Source of the DNA: Hyaloraphidium curvatum SAG 235-1
Lineage: Eukaryota; Fungi; Monoblepharomycota
NCBI GenBank assembly: GCA_025558095.1
Contig: JAIVFI010000039.1
Span: 310,001 to 374,000 of the forward strand
DNA: 64,000 nt
Direction: 5' to 3'
The notes under the pieces were generated by a model. That model was not told the DNA's origin. It ran no database searches and saw nothing but the letters and a program-made list of their open reading frames with translations. Position 1 is the first letter of the stretch. Each line of letters starts with the position of its first letter. Positions 32,923-44,146 of the stretch are shown here, piece by piece. Position numbers and translations under genes: made by a program.

Positions 32923-34147
32923 ATGCACGCGTCCGGCGCTGCGGCCCCGACGTCCAGCGTGCCGTGCCAGTTCTATCGGCTCGGCACGTGCCGCTACGGC
33001 TCGCGCTGCCGGTTCTTGCACGACGCGCCTGCCGCTCCGGCCACCCGCGCCTCCCCGACCCCCGGCGGCCGCGAGCACTGCCGCTTCTTCGACGCCGGAC
33101 GCTGCCGCTGCGGCGCCCAATGCCGCTTCGCACACGCGGCACACGTGGCGGAGGAGATTGCCGGGGAGCCGCGGGTGCCGGACCGGCCGCCCGCCCTCCA
33201 AGCTCCGCCCGCACGCCCCCCCGCGGAGCAGGCCCCGGCCGTCCCCTTCGAGCTCTTCCACCGCATCGCGGACTTCCTGGAGGCCGGCGTGGAGGGGCAC
33301 CAGTACTCGCGCTTTGCCGACACCGTGGTGCTCGCGCAGACCTGCCGCGCTCTCAGGGCGCAGCTGGCCGGGCGTCTGCGCAGGCGGTTCCTCGAGCTGT
33401 TGCGGGAATGGGACGTCGAGGTCTACGCGAGCCTCGTGCTCAACTTTGATCCGCGGAGGTGGGAACGCCGCGCCATGCCCTGCTCTTCCCGTTCGCGCCG
33501 ACCGTCAGCGGGGCCGGCACCGGCATGCGGCCCAAGGGAGACACATGGGTTCAGACGATTGCGGGGGCTCCCGTGGCGCTCAGCACGGTCGCGGGATCGG
33601 CCTACGGCAAGGGCAAGGTGCCCTCGCTCGGCGTGCCCCACGGCAGCCCGGTGCCGGGCTTCCCCGCTGAGGCGTCCCTCGCGCTCTGGATCAACCTGTG
33701 CGAAAGGGAGCCCGGCGACCCGTACGGCGCTGGCGTCCGCTCGCTGCAGATCTGCGGGGGACACTGGCCGCCCGAGCTCGTGCTGCCCCTCTCGATCCCG
33801 ATCCGCGGCGGGCCCCACTGGCGCCCGCGCACCGCCCGGCTGGACACCGGAGACCCCCGAATCAGCCTCGAGATCCGCGTGGAAGGTGCGCTCCAGCGGG
33901 TCTTCCTGAAGCGCATCTACGCCTCCGTGGATCTCCTGGAGGAGCTCTGGCGACGCAGCGCAGCCGCATCAGGAGGTCCGGACCGTTCTGGGCGAACGCT
34001 TCCGGGATCAGGGAGGTCGTGTGCGGGCGGTGCGGCATCTTTGGGCACCGCTTCGAGGACTGCCCGGTCGACCACATGGGGAGGGTGCTTCGTGCGACGA
34101 TCCCGCTCGACGAGGAGGAAAGGGAGGACGCGGTTGAAGAGTTGTAG
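32923..34147 (+). CDS. Tandem CCCH zinc fingers + F-box-like + CCHC knuckle protein with two apparent frameshifts
   Basis: CQFYRLGTCRYGSRCRFLH, CRFFDAGRCRCGAQCRFAH, VPFELFHRIADFL and C-terminal CGRCGIFGHRFEDC. Frame switches near 33473 and 33982 have no introns. Confidence 0.65.
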
Positions 34148-34207
34148 CTTCTAGCATTTGGCCCAGAAACGCGCTTCATTGTGTCTTGACTTCTCCAATT
34201 CCGTGTC

Positions 34208-35086
34208 TCACATCTTTGCCACCTCCTCGACCCATTCCTTTCCATACGCCTCCGCAATGACCTTCCGCACCTCCTCCACGAACCGCGCGGCGGATCCCTT
34301 GCAGTAGTGGATCTCATGCCCGACGTTGTCGAACGCGGCGATCCGCATCCGCGGCGCCAGCGCCGCAAAGTCCCCCTCGAGCCCGGGGGGAAACGCCGCC
34401 CCCCACTTCGGGTTCCCGATGAGCAGCACGCCGGGAACGTCCACCTTGCCCGAAGGCGTCAGGCTCCCGAACCCGCTGTCGAGCTGCAGGAACATCTCCT
34501 CGTCCATCGCCAGGAAGCCCTCCCCCACCGCCAGCTGCATCCTGGGCGACATGTGCTCTTCCTTGGTGCCGAGCCCAGGGCGGGGGTAGGCGGCGCGGGC
34601 GGTCTTAGCGGCGATGTCCTCGGCCGTCCAACCCTTGCGCTTGGCCGACGCGATGAACCGGCCCATAACGCGGAACCCGTCGATCAGATGCTTGTCCTGC
34701 TCCGACGACACATCGAACCAGGGGTTGGTATCCTCGATGACCAGCGCCCTGACCAGATCCGGCCTCTTTGACGCGAGCATGGCGCCCAGCCCGCCGCCGA
34801 GCGAGTGGCCCACGACCACGGCGGGGCCTGACACCTTTTCGAGGAACGCCTCGACGTCCGCGGCCATCGACGCGACGGAGTACCGCCCCGGCGTGCGGGA
34901 GCTGCCGCCGTGGCCGCGGACGTCGAGGGCGTAGCACCGCAGCCGCGGGAAGCGGGGAATGACCTCGGCCCAGCACGACCGGGAGGCGGTGAAGCCGTGG
35001 ATGAAGACGACGGGCGGGGCGGAGGGCGGGCCGGTGGCGGAGAAGGAGATGGTGGCGTCGGGGAGCTCCAGCGTGAGGGAGGCCAT
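34208..35086 (-). CDS. Alpha/beta hydrolase (intronless), ends in PTS1-like AKM
   Basis: VFIHGF, ALDVRGHGGS, nucleophile GHSLGG and catalytic VGHEIH. Confidence 0.92.
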   Translation of the reverse strand: MASLTLELPDATISFSATGPPSAPPVVFIHGFTASRSCWAEVIPRFPRLRCYALDVRGHGGSSRTPGRYSVASMAADVEAFLEKVSGPAVVVGHSLGGGLGAMLASKRPDLVRALVIEDTNPWFDVSSEQDKHLIDGFRVMGRFIASAKRKGWTAEDIAAKTARAAYPRPGLGTKEEHMSPRMQLAVGEGFLAMDEEMFLQLDSGFGSLTPSGKVDVPGVLLIGNPKWGAAFPPGLEGDFAALAPRMRIAAFDNVGHEIHYCKGSAARFVEEVRKVIAEAYGKEWVEEVAKM

Positions 35087-35302
35087 CGTTGTGCGGGTGG
35101 GATTCGCGGGAGACGTTTTGGAAGCTTCTGTGAGAAGGCTCTGAGAAGGCTCGTGGCTCTTCCCAGAATCCCCTGAGGCTCGGACTCCGAGTCTCCGCTA
35201 GGAAATGCAGCAATCATGGATTTCTACTCTACATGCTCTGCGATTCGTGGATGGATTGCATGCAAGCGATGCAGGGGACACGGAATCCTGCCGTCGCCAT
35301 CT

Positions 35303-35968
35303 TCACTCCTCTTGGTACAGCCTGCTGAACCGCGGCCCTCCCGCGCCGCCGGAGTGCGCCTCGATCTGCTCGCGCACCCTCCTGTGGTCGTCGTCCGCCT
35401 CGTCGTCCGACCCGTTGCCCTTCCGCCCCTGCGACGCCCGTCCCCGTGCCGGAGCCTGCCCCGCACCGGCAATCGCGGCCTGAGAAACCCCCACCGCATT
35501 GTTCTCCCTGTCCTCTGCCTCCTTGATCCCCGCCTCTAACGTCCTCCTGAACCTCGACGCGTCCCACCGGCCGGCAAACTCCACCGCGACCCTCCACTCG
35601 CCCTCCGCGTCCATTCGCTCCTTCCACTCGGCCCGCCGGCCCTCGAAGCACGCCTTTATCGCGGGCTCGGCGGGCTGCGCGAGCAAGAGGTCGCCCGAGG
35701 GGGAGAAGGCCGAGATCCAGGTGACCCCTGCGTCCGTTCGCTCGAGCTCCGCGGTGGCCGGTTCCGCGGGCCCCGGGGGGCCGTTCGGCGGGAGGCGGAC
35801 GAGCGTCGCGGCTGCCGAGAAGAGGGTGCCCGTTTGCGGCGGGGAGTCGGCGGGCACGAAGCGCGCGATGAGGGCGCGCAGGTGACGTGGGGGATAGGCG
35901 TAGAGAGCGAGGGCCGCGAGGGCGGCGCCTGCCAGGGCCACGGGGAGCACGGGGACGCGTAGGGACAT
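35303..35968 (-). CDS. Hypothetical protein with an N-terminal membrane anchor and a possible PH-like domain
   Basis: MSLRVPVLPVALAGAALAALALYAY, then a beta-rich segment ending in the helix FAGRWDASRFRRTL. Confidence 0.55.
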   Translation of the reverse strand: MSLRVPVLPVALAGAALAALALYAYPPRHLRALIARFVPADSPPQTGTLFSAAATLVRLPPNGPPGPAEPATAELERTDAGVTWISAFSPSGDLLLAQPAEPAIKACFEGRRAEWKERMDAEGEWRVAVEFAGRWDASRFRRTLEAGIKEAEDRENNAVGVSQAAIAGAGQAPARGRASQGRKGNGSDDEADDDHRRVREQIEAHSGGAGGPRFSRLYQEE

Positions 35969-36152
35969 TTCGATGAGAGGCGATGAGGCCGACAGGGCCC
36001 TGGAGAGAGGGATGTTTGGTTGTCCGACCCGTGGAGTCTGCGTCAACTCCGTTGCGCGCGCCTCACCCTGCTCGCGGCTGCCTCTGCAGACGTCCTGTCC
36101 TCCCTGTATCGATGAATCAAATGCCATCGGGGCGGTGCAGCCTCCCACGTCT

Positions 36153-37392
36153 CTACTCCATTTTGAACCACCTCTCGAGCTTCGCGCTCGCCCACGTCTC
36201 CTTCTCCTTCAGATACTCGGCCGTCGGGCCCGTCACCGCCACCACCGGCTCATCCCCCCCGAAGATGTTGGCGTCGAACTGGTGCACCTTGCCCTTGCCA
36301 AACTCAATGTAGCACACCCCCTTGTGCTGGTACTTGAACGGCCTCTCCTGCCCCGTGACCCGCGCGATGATCTGCTCCGCGACCGCGGCCGCGCCGTTCT
36401 CGGCGAAGCTGCCGGCCTTGGGCGCCTGCATCTGCCCGACGGCGATGCCCATGACGTCACCGATGGCCCAGACGTCCGCGTGCTCCGTCGCGAGCGTCTT
36501 GGGGTCCACCTTGATGAAACCCGAGGGCCCGTTGGACATGCCCGAGGCCTTGACCACCGCCGGCGCGGTGTGCGCCGGGATGCCGAAGAAGTAGTCGTAC
36601 GACATCTTCTCGTCCTTGCCCTTGATCGAGATGGTCTTGGTCTTGCCGTCGATCAGGGCCACGGGGTGCGACCCGTGGAAGGTGATGCCGAGCTCCGCAA
36701 GCCGCCCGTTGAGGACGGCGCTGCCCGACTTTGTCAGGGGCAGGACGATGGGGTTCGGGGATATGACCTCGATCTGGCACTTGTCGCGGATGCCCTTTTC
36801 CACGAGCAGGTCGTGGAGCTGCAGGACGACCTCGAACGGCGCAGGGGGGCACTTGTAGGGGGGTTGGAGGATCCCGAACACGATCTGGAAGGCCGTGGAC
36901 GGCTTCAGCTCCCCGAAAACCCACCACAGACACTGTTCCCACCTTGCCCTCGGTGATGCCGTCCACTACCGGCGCGCAGGCCTTCGCCCCGGGGACCGAG
37001 TAGAACTCGTTGGCCGTCCCCTCGTCCAGGGCCTCCTTGAAGCCCGGTGTCGCCTCGAAGGCATAGTCAGCCCCGAGCGCCACGACCAGATAGTCCGCCT
37101 CGTGTGTCCCCTGGTCCGTCGTGACGGATTTGGCGGCCGGATCGATCTTGACGACCTTCTCCGCGAGGAACTTCACGCCGGGCGCCCTGATCCGGTCGTA
37201 GGGCACGTAATCCCGGCGCTGGCCAAAGACCATGTCGATTTTGAAGAGGCCGACCATGAACCCGAGCGGGTTCGAGTCCACAATCGTGATGTCCACGGCC
37301 TTGCCGAGCTCCTCGATGAGCCGCGTCGCGAGCTCGAGGCCGCCGAACCCGGCGCCGAGGATCAGCACGCGCGGCTTCGCGGCGTCGGACAT
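36153..37392 (-). CDS. Sulfide:quinone oxidoreductase-like flavoprotein, prokaryotic type (1 intron)
   Basis: ILGAGFGGL, DYLVVALGA, YKCPPAPFE, VWAIGDV, PKAGSFA and GVCYIEFG. Confidence 0.85.
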
Positions 37393-37852
37393 GGCGGGGC
37401 GTCAAGAGACGGGTGCGTCCGCCGCGCGGGAGCTGACTGTGAGACCCTCGCCGGGCGGGATGTGGGTTGGTGAAGGGGGACAGCTTGGTCATCACAAGAT
37501 TCCTTGTCCCCCATCCCATCCCCAATCGCCCATTGGGACGTAAATCAGGAGATATATCGCGTTGGACGCGCTCCCGACGCGTAGGATTACCGGATCGGCA
37601 GATACCGCAGATGGACGACCCGGATGCGACGGGCTTTTGCCGTGTGGGTCTCCGGCCCCGGCTCTGTCGCCCCGAGGGACTCCTTGCCCTGGACGCGTTG
37701 GAGCCTCTCGGATGAACCGTCCGCGACGCTTTGGGATTCATCACAGGCGGATTCACATGCTCGCCTTTGATTGACTGACTGACGGACTTCTTGATTGACT
37801 GACTTTCGGACGGCGCCACCCCGCCCCCTCTGCGAACGACTGGGCCGCGACG

Positions 37853-39597
37853 ATGCCCGCCTCGCTATTCCTTGCCCTCGCGCTGCTTCTTGCTGCCCCT
37901 GCTCGCGGCCAGGGCCCGCCGGAGTACACCTGCGGGAGCTACGAGACGTGCGTCGGCTGGCGGGATAAGGCGGTGGACCGGAACCAAAAGTTCATGGAGT
38001 GCGTCGGAGATTACTGCAGCGACCTGAACACATACATTCGACGCCGGTTCGGTGCCACAAGGTACCTCGACGACGGCAGCGGTTATACGTACTTGGATTG
38101 CTGTCTCTGTGACAGGAAGTACTACCAGGTACGGGCGCCCGGGACTTTCCCCACCTGCGGTAACGCTAACAGTTTGCAACAGGCGGCCGTAATCAACCAC
38201 AAGTGCCTCGACTTGACCTTGTCTTGGGTCGAGAAGAACCTCGCGAGGTGCGGGCAGTACAACTGCTCGCTGAAGGACGCCACCAGCACCACCACCACCA
38301 AGACGCCAACTTCGGGCACGACCTTCTCGACAGCCACGTCGGAGTCGGGACCTTCGGGCGCTTCCGGGACGATCGGTACTGGGACCGCCAACCAAGGCGG
38401 CCCTGGGACCACGATGGGCCCTGCTTCGCCGCCTGCACCTCCCACCGACGTCGGCCCCGCCACGTCAGCCGTCAACACCGCTGCGACGACGGGGGTCCAG
38501 ACCACGGGGACCATCCAGACCACGGCGGCCATCCAGACCACGGCTGCCATCCCGAGCACCCCGGCCCAACCCACGGATCCCCCCGCCCCGCCCTCTGATT
38601 TCCCGGCCCCGCAGCCCACGGCGCGCCTCGGCTGCCAGTTTTTGTGCACGCCCGAGGCCCACCGCGATGCGCTCGATGATGACCTGCCCCCCGGGGTCAC
38701 CGCCTTCGACGACGACGGGGAGCCCGTCTCGGACTCGGACCGGAGCTCGCTGGGACTCGACGGACTCGGCACGTCGCTCAGGAACCTGATCTCACTGCCC
38801 AAGGACGCGCTCGTGCACATCAAGCAGGCCGCAAAGCGACCCTTGGAGCGGCTCAAGGAAGCCTACAAGCCCGGGGGTTTGCTGGGGTTAATCGTCGTCG
38901 GCGAGCTGGGGCAGGACAGTCTAAAGATTGTGGATGGCGTGGGACAGGCGGTGCGTGCAAATCTGGGCTCCCCAAGCCGCAAGTCGGACTGACTCTCCTT
39001 GGTCGTTGGCAGTTCGAAGGCGTCACGGATCCGAACCAGGATACGGACCGGGCCATCACGACGATCGAAACCTCGATCAATAAGTTCGTGCTCAAGCTCA
39101 CCGGGGTGCGCCCCTCGGACGTGTCAACCGGCCCGGACGGGACCAGCAAGCGGAGCGGCATCGAGGCCCGCCAGGCGGGCTCCACCGTCACCTTTACCAC
39201 GGGGTACGCATATTCGGACAAGCTTTTGTCCGTAGGAGTCTACGATTCGGACGGGAACCTGTTTGCACGCGCGAGCTACGAGCTGCAGGGCACCGCGCCA
39301 TCTTTCCTCCCCGTGCGGATCCGGCTCGTTGCGATCGCGAGAAACGAGACGTCCGGTACGGCAAGTAGCGCAATGCCCGTATCGGCAAGCAGAACATCAT
39401 CGGCACCAACGGGCAGCACGGGCACCAGGACCAGTAGCACTTTGGCGACGACGACTCTGCCCGCACCGACGACAAGTGCGAGCAGGGCGGCGACGGCGCA
39501 GCCGACAACCTCCCGGCCCAGCGGTGCGGCGGGGTTCTCCAAGCGGTCGATTTGGGTTACGATCATTGCGATCGCCGTGCTGCTGCTCTTTTCGTGA
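37853..39597 (+). CDS. Secreted, probably GPI-anchored Cys-rich / Ser-Thr-rich surface protein (1 intron)
   Basis: Signal peptide, Cys-rich N-terminal domain, TT(A/G)xIQ 18-nt repeats, intron at about 38951-39012, S/T stalk and hydrophobic tail SGAAGFSKRSIWVTIIAIAVLLLFS*. Confidence 0.75.
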
Positions 39598-39761
39598 TCG
39601 CGGAAGGAGGCTGCGTCGGAGCGGCTTCTGATGGATGCGGCGGCGGAAAGTCAGCTCGTTGCTATAGGCGAGGGCCGTGAATTGTAGTTTATTCAATTCG
39701 TTGGATAATGGTATCAGTGGAACAGTCAGGTGTGGCTTGTCGACGGACGAATGAAGCAATG

Positions 39762-41378
39762 CTACGTGGTCTTGACCGTCGCCGTGATCGTGCGCGTAAC
39801 GACGCGCGTACGCGTCGCCGTCTTGAGCGTCACCGTCCTGGTCGTCCACCTCGACGTCGTCCTCTGCACCGTCTTGGTGCACTTTGACAGCGTCGAGGTC
39901 TTGGTGCATTTCGACGAAACGAGGGTCCTCGTGACGCTCTTGGTGCAGCGTGAGACGGTGACCGTAACGGTCTTTGACGACTGCACCGGCAGTATGTGCA
40001 GGCAGACGGAGCGGATGGTGCCTTCGTCGCCCTGTGCGGTGTCGTTGACGAGCAGGTTCCAGGTCCCGTTCGCAACCAGCCCCTTGAAGCGGGACAGCTC
40101 CCCAACGGGCTTGTACAACTCCGGGCCCATTGAAGGGTCGTAACCGTAGTTGCAGTACATGTCGGGATCGGTGGAATCGTCGAAGAACAGGGGGGGGTAC
40201 GAGTTCGGGCGCCCGCTGGCGTGGCCGCATGAGACGCTGTGCTGGAAGAGGGCAACGGTCCCTCCCGCGGGGTGGCGGATGGAGATTTCTAGGTCGCTCA
40301 TATAGCTGTGCGTCAGGTCCAACTCCACGGCCACGCTGCCGATGGAGCCGACGCCGCTGACGGGGAGGTTGAACGATGCTTTTCCGTATTCCGGGATGGG
40401 CACGGCAGACGTCTTGCAGATCCTCTTCACTGCAGGGTTCACTGTCATGGTCCTGCGGGTCATTGTCGCAGTAGTTTGAGTGCTCGTCGTCGTGCGCGTG
40501 CGGCGTCCGGTGACGAGGTCGACGGCTGAAGCGATGGCGTCCGCGTACTGTGATAGCCGCACAAACAACGACCGGGTGTCGGTGGTGCTGCCGCAAGAGT
40601 GGTACAACGACATGCCGACGACGGTCTTGTTTCCTGCCACGTCCAGCACCAGCGGGCCGCCCTCATCGCCCGAGCACGTGCCTTTGGACGGGTTCGCAGT
40701 CCAAATCTCGTTGCCGCTCACGTAGGACACGGCGAGGTCGACCTCGGCGAGCTGTGAGACGAACTTGCCGTCGGCGCCCATGCCCCAGCCCGCGGCCTTG
40801 ACGGCCGCGCCGACCGCCGGATCGGTCGTGCTGAGGACGGCGGGCACCAGCGGCCGGGAGCCGACGACGACGGGCTCGCTGAGGCCGAGGAGCATCATGT
40901 CGTAGCCGATGGGCTCGAAGGAGCGCACGGTGAAGACATAGGCCCCGTCGTCCTGCGGAGTCAGGGACAGGTTGAAGCGCCCGACCTCGACGGCGTCAGG
41001 CAGGTAGCCGTACGGGCTGACGCAGTTGGACGAGGTCAGCGCGGCGCGTGGCGCGACCAGGGTCGCCGTGCAGTTGTAGTTGCCCACGTTTTCCGGGTAG
41101 ACGACGCGGGCGACAAAGGGAAACGCGGTGGCCGAGGGGACCGGCTGCCCGCCGGCGACGTTCGGCGTGAGCTCGCGGGGAGCCAGGTTGCCGGCGGGGT
41201 CGTCCACGAGCTTTTGGCGGAGCGCCACACCGGCGCCGCCGTCCACGATGTCGTGGCGGCGGCCGAGTCCGGCGTAAGGGGAGGCGAGGGAACGGGGGAG
41301 CGCAGCGGCGGCGAGGGCGGCCAGCGCCGCCGCGAGGCACACGCGACAGGAGAGGGGCGAAGACGTGCGTTTCGTCAT
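39762..41378 (-). CDS. Secreted trypsin-like protease homolog (inactive) + proprotein-convertase P-domain + Thr/Lys-rich tail
   Basis: Signal peptide; VAGG..FPFVA, CTATLV, ALTSSNC, AAGWG and CSGDEGGPL. P-domain motifs LTHSYMSDLEISI and NGTWNLLVND..GDEG. Confidence 0.85.
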   Translation of the reverse strand: MTKRTSSPLSCRVCLAAALAALAAAALPRSLASPYAGLGRRHDIVDGGAGVALRQKLVDDPAGNLAPRELTPNVAGGQPVPSATAFPFVARVVYPENVGNYNCTATLVAPRAALTSSNCVSPYGYLPDAVEVGRFNLSLTPQDDGAYVFTVRSFEPIGYDMMLLGLSEPVVVGSRPLVPAVLSTTDPAVGAAVKAAGWGMGADGKFVSQLAEVDLAVSYVSGNEIWTANPSKGTCSGDEGGPLVLDVAGNKTVVGMSLYHSCGSTTDTRSLFVRLSQYADAIASAVDLVTGRRTRTTTSTQTTATMTRRTMTVNPAVKRICKTSAVPIPEYGKASFNLPVSGVGSIGSVAVELDLTHSYMSDLEISIRHPAGGTVALFQHSVSCGHASGRPNSYPPLFFDDSTDPDMYCNYGYDPSMGPELYKPVGELSRFKGLVANGTWNLLVNDTAQGDEGTIRSVCLHILPVQSSKTVTVTVSRCTKSVTRTLVSSKCTKTSTLSKCTKTVQRTTSRWTTRTVTLKTATRTRVVTRTITATVKTT

Positions 41379-41991
41379 TACCCGGCGGTTTGCTTTGGTT
41401 CTGAAATGGTCTGTTTGTATTGAACTGGGGATGGAAGGTGGTGAATCAGGTTTGAGGTGCACTGCCTCGAAACTTGGCCACACTGACGTCAAGGTGGAGT
41501 CACCAGTCAGGAGTCACCCGGGATCCCACGTTTGCGGGACCGATGGGCACTTGAGTTGCATACCTGCAGAATGCTTTCGCTCAACCCAATCCAAGGGGCA
41601 CTTCTCTCGTTGATAGATGGGTTCGGGGAAAAGCTTGCGGCCCGTCCAATCCGCGACGAGGAGGGTGAGGTCACGAAGCGCGGTTCGTTACCGCATTCGG
41701 GATGAAATTCTGATTCCGACGATGCGCGACGTTGTTGTTTCGTCCGATTCTGCGCCCATTTTCGTCCAGGATCGACGGATGGCCGATGGGAAGCCAGTCG
41801 GATCGGGCTGGGCACTGCGAGGAGGTCGACGATCGCGGTCGGTTGTAACAACGGATCCGAAAGTGCACGGCGATCTTGACGGCGATCGTGGTTCGTCCGA
41901 GGTCGCGTCCAACCCGAGCAACGAGTGACCGGCGCGGCCCGCGACGGCCGTCCCGCCCCACCGACCCACGGCACCCGACGCGTTGCCCCGC

Positions 41992-43653
41992 ATGCCCACG
42001 CCCTCCCTTTACCCCGGCGCCCGCGTCGCCCTCCACGCCGACGGCCGGCACCCCGGCACCGTCCGCTTCCTCGGGCCCGTGGCGCACCCCGGCGCGCCCC
42101 CCGGGGACCACGCGTACCTCGGCGTGGATTGGGACGATCCCGCGCGGGGGAAGCATTCGGGGGAGGTCGGGGGGCGGAGGTATTTCGCGGTGGGGAGGGA
42201 AGGGGCGGGGAGCCTGGTGCGGGTGCCCGAACAGGGCGGGGAGGGGGGGAAGTGGGTGACGGGGAAGGGGAAGTGGCTAACGACAGGGGTGCCGCTAGCC
42301 GAAGCGGTCAGGGAAAAGTACGCCGGCGCGGCCGAGGTGGATCCCGGCGAGTGGGGCGGGAAGAAGGTCGAGGTGGTCGGGTGGGGCAAGCTTGAACGGA
42401 GGCTGGCGCGGCTGGGGGCGCTACGCGAGGTTTCCGTGTCCGGGATGGACGTGCGCGGCTGTCGCGACGCGGGGGAACTGGAGGACGTTCGGGGACTGCG
42501 CGAGGTCAGGGCACTGGACGTGTCGAGGTGCCTGTTTGCCTCGCTGCAGGAGATTGGCGAGGCGGTGGCGGCGATGGGGGCCGTGGAGGAACTCAGGGCG
42601 GGCGGAAACAGGCTCGTGGAGCTGGTGCCGGATGAGATCGCGTTCGCGGTCGGGGACAGGGCGCCTCAAACCGCCGCGGAAGACGGGCTCTCCAACGAGC
42701 CGACAGTTTCTCCTCCGCCCCCTTTACCATTCCTCACGATACGCACCCTCGCTCTCACCGCCCTCGTCGTGGCACCCAGCTGGCCCCGGATTTATGCCCT
42801 CCTGGAGCAGTTCCCCAACCTGCTCTCCCTGGCTCTGGGCTGGAACTCCCTCCCCGACCCCACCTCGCCGCCGGCCGGCCTCACCCATTCCCTCCGCGAG
42901 CTCTCCCTGGAGCACAACGCCCTCACCGCGCTCCCCGCCGCGCTCTCCGCCGCGTTTCCGGACCTGGAACGGCTCAACCTCGCCAACAACCTCGTCGCGG
43001 ACGCCTCCTCGGCCCCGGGTAGCTTCCCAGCTCTCCGCGCGCTCAACCTCTCGCACAACCTCCTCCCCACGCTGAGGGCGCTGCACCCGCTCAACGCCCT
43101 CCCCGCGACGGACATCCGCCTCTCGGGCAACCCGTGCCTGGCCTCGGTTCCGGCGGACGATGTATTGCCGCAGCTGGCCGCGCGCCTCGCCCGCGCGGAA
43201 AAGGTCAACGGCGCGCAGGTGGTGAGGAGGGAAGCCGAGGTGTGGTACGCTTCCCGCGCGTGGGAGGAGCGCTGCGCCTGGGCCTCGAAGGCGGCCGGTG
43301 AGGGGGGGTGGAGCAGGGCGAAGGAGGAGGGGTGGTGGGATTCGGAGCATCCCCGGTTCGCCGAGGTGGTGCGGGAACACGGGCTTCCGTACGAGATGTT
43401 CTCCCCGCCCGCAAGGGAGAAGGCGGCCAAGGGCACGCTGGCGGCGGGCATGCTCGATGTGACGCTGCGGGTGCACCGCGGGGGCCGGACGAGGGAGGTG
43501 GCGAGGAAGGTGCCGCGGGGGATGGATGCGGGGATGCTGGCGCGGATGGCGGGGGGAAGGAGGGCCGAGGTGAAGGGGAGCGAGATCGAGGGAGGGAGGG
43601 AGGTTGCGTGGTACCTCGAGGAAGGGGGGGTCGTGGACGTGTATACGGACTGA
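41992..43653 (+). CDS. TBCE: Tubulin-folding cofactor E (CAP-Gly, LRR, ubiquitin-like)
   Basis: GTVRFLGPV..LGVDWDDPARGKHSG..YF, KVEVVGW, LRRs, AEVWY..HPRF..HG and a C-terminal UBL-like region. Confidence 0.88.
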   Translation: MPTPSLYPGARVALHADGRHPGTVRFLGPVAHPGAPPGDHAYLGVDWDDPARGKHSGEVGGRRYFAVGREGAGSLVRVPEQGGEGGKWVTGKGKWLTTGVPLAEAVREKYAGAAEVDPGEWGGKKVEVVGWGKLERRLARLGALREVSVSGMDVRGCRDAGELEDVRGLREVRALDVSRCLFASLQEIGEAVAAMGAVEELRAGGNRLVELVPDEIAFAVGDRAPQTAAEDGLSNEPTVSPPPPLPFLTIRTLALTALVVAPSWPRIYALLEQFPNLLSLALGWNSLPDPTSPPAGLTHSLRELSLEHNALTALPAALSAAFPDLERLNLANNLVADASSAPGSFPALRALNLSHNLLPTLRALHPLNALPATDIRLSGNPCLASVPADDVLPQLAARLARAEKVNGAQVVRREAEVWYASRAWEERCAWASKAAGEGGWSRAKEEGWWDSEHPRFAEVVREHGLPYEMFSPPAREKAAKGTLAAGMLDVTLRVHRGGRTREVARKVPRGMDAGMLARMAGGRRAEVKGSEIEGGREVAWYLEEGGVVDVYTD

Positions 43654-44146
43654 GCAACGGGGTGCGGGTCGGGGAAGCGCATCGATTTGAGATTGGCTGT
43701 AACAGGGTGTGTCGTAGAGGTGATCGGCCCGGTGCGTCGGTAGAGCGGAGCGGTCGGGTTGGAGCGCGTGGCCGGACCCTCCGGGAACCCCGCCGTCATC
43801 GCGATCCTGCCCGCCGAATCGCGGGCACTGGCGTCGCCGACGACCCATCGCGGTGCCGGCGCTCTTTCGGAGTGCGTCCCGGCGTGGCCGAGGCCGGCGG
43901 AGTTGTGCTGTCGGGTCGCTCGCGATCCCCCGCGACGCCGCAGCGGATTGCACGGGCGCCCGGCCACCGCGCACACCGTCCTTCGTTCCAGCTGCAAAGC
44001 GGCAGCACTTCTGGGAGCCCACGGAGGAGGGCAGAAAGCGGAGAAGGAGCACCCGCGAGCCCCGAGGAGCCCGGAAGCGGCCCGGTTCGCCGCCCGCGGC
44101 AGACATTCCCGTCGCGCCGCCCCACGCCGAGCGGCGCCCGCGGGGC

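Noticed and set aside
33465-33990. Programmed ribosomal frameshifting in the zinc-finger gene
   Set aside because: No slippery heptamer is visible; single-C losses in short C runs are better explained by sequencing error or decay.
35115-35155. Heat-shock-element-like GAAnnTTC and a tgagaaggctc direct repeat
   Set aside because: Only two properly spaced nGAAn units, too weak to call.
37766-37805. TGAC/TGAT-rich direct repeat (ttgattgactgact x2) in the divergent promoter
   Set aside because: Low-complexity and microsatellite-like; no function can be supported from sequence alone.
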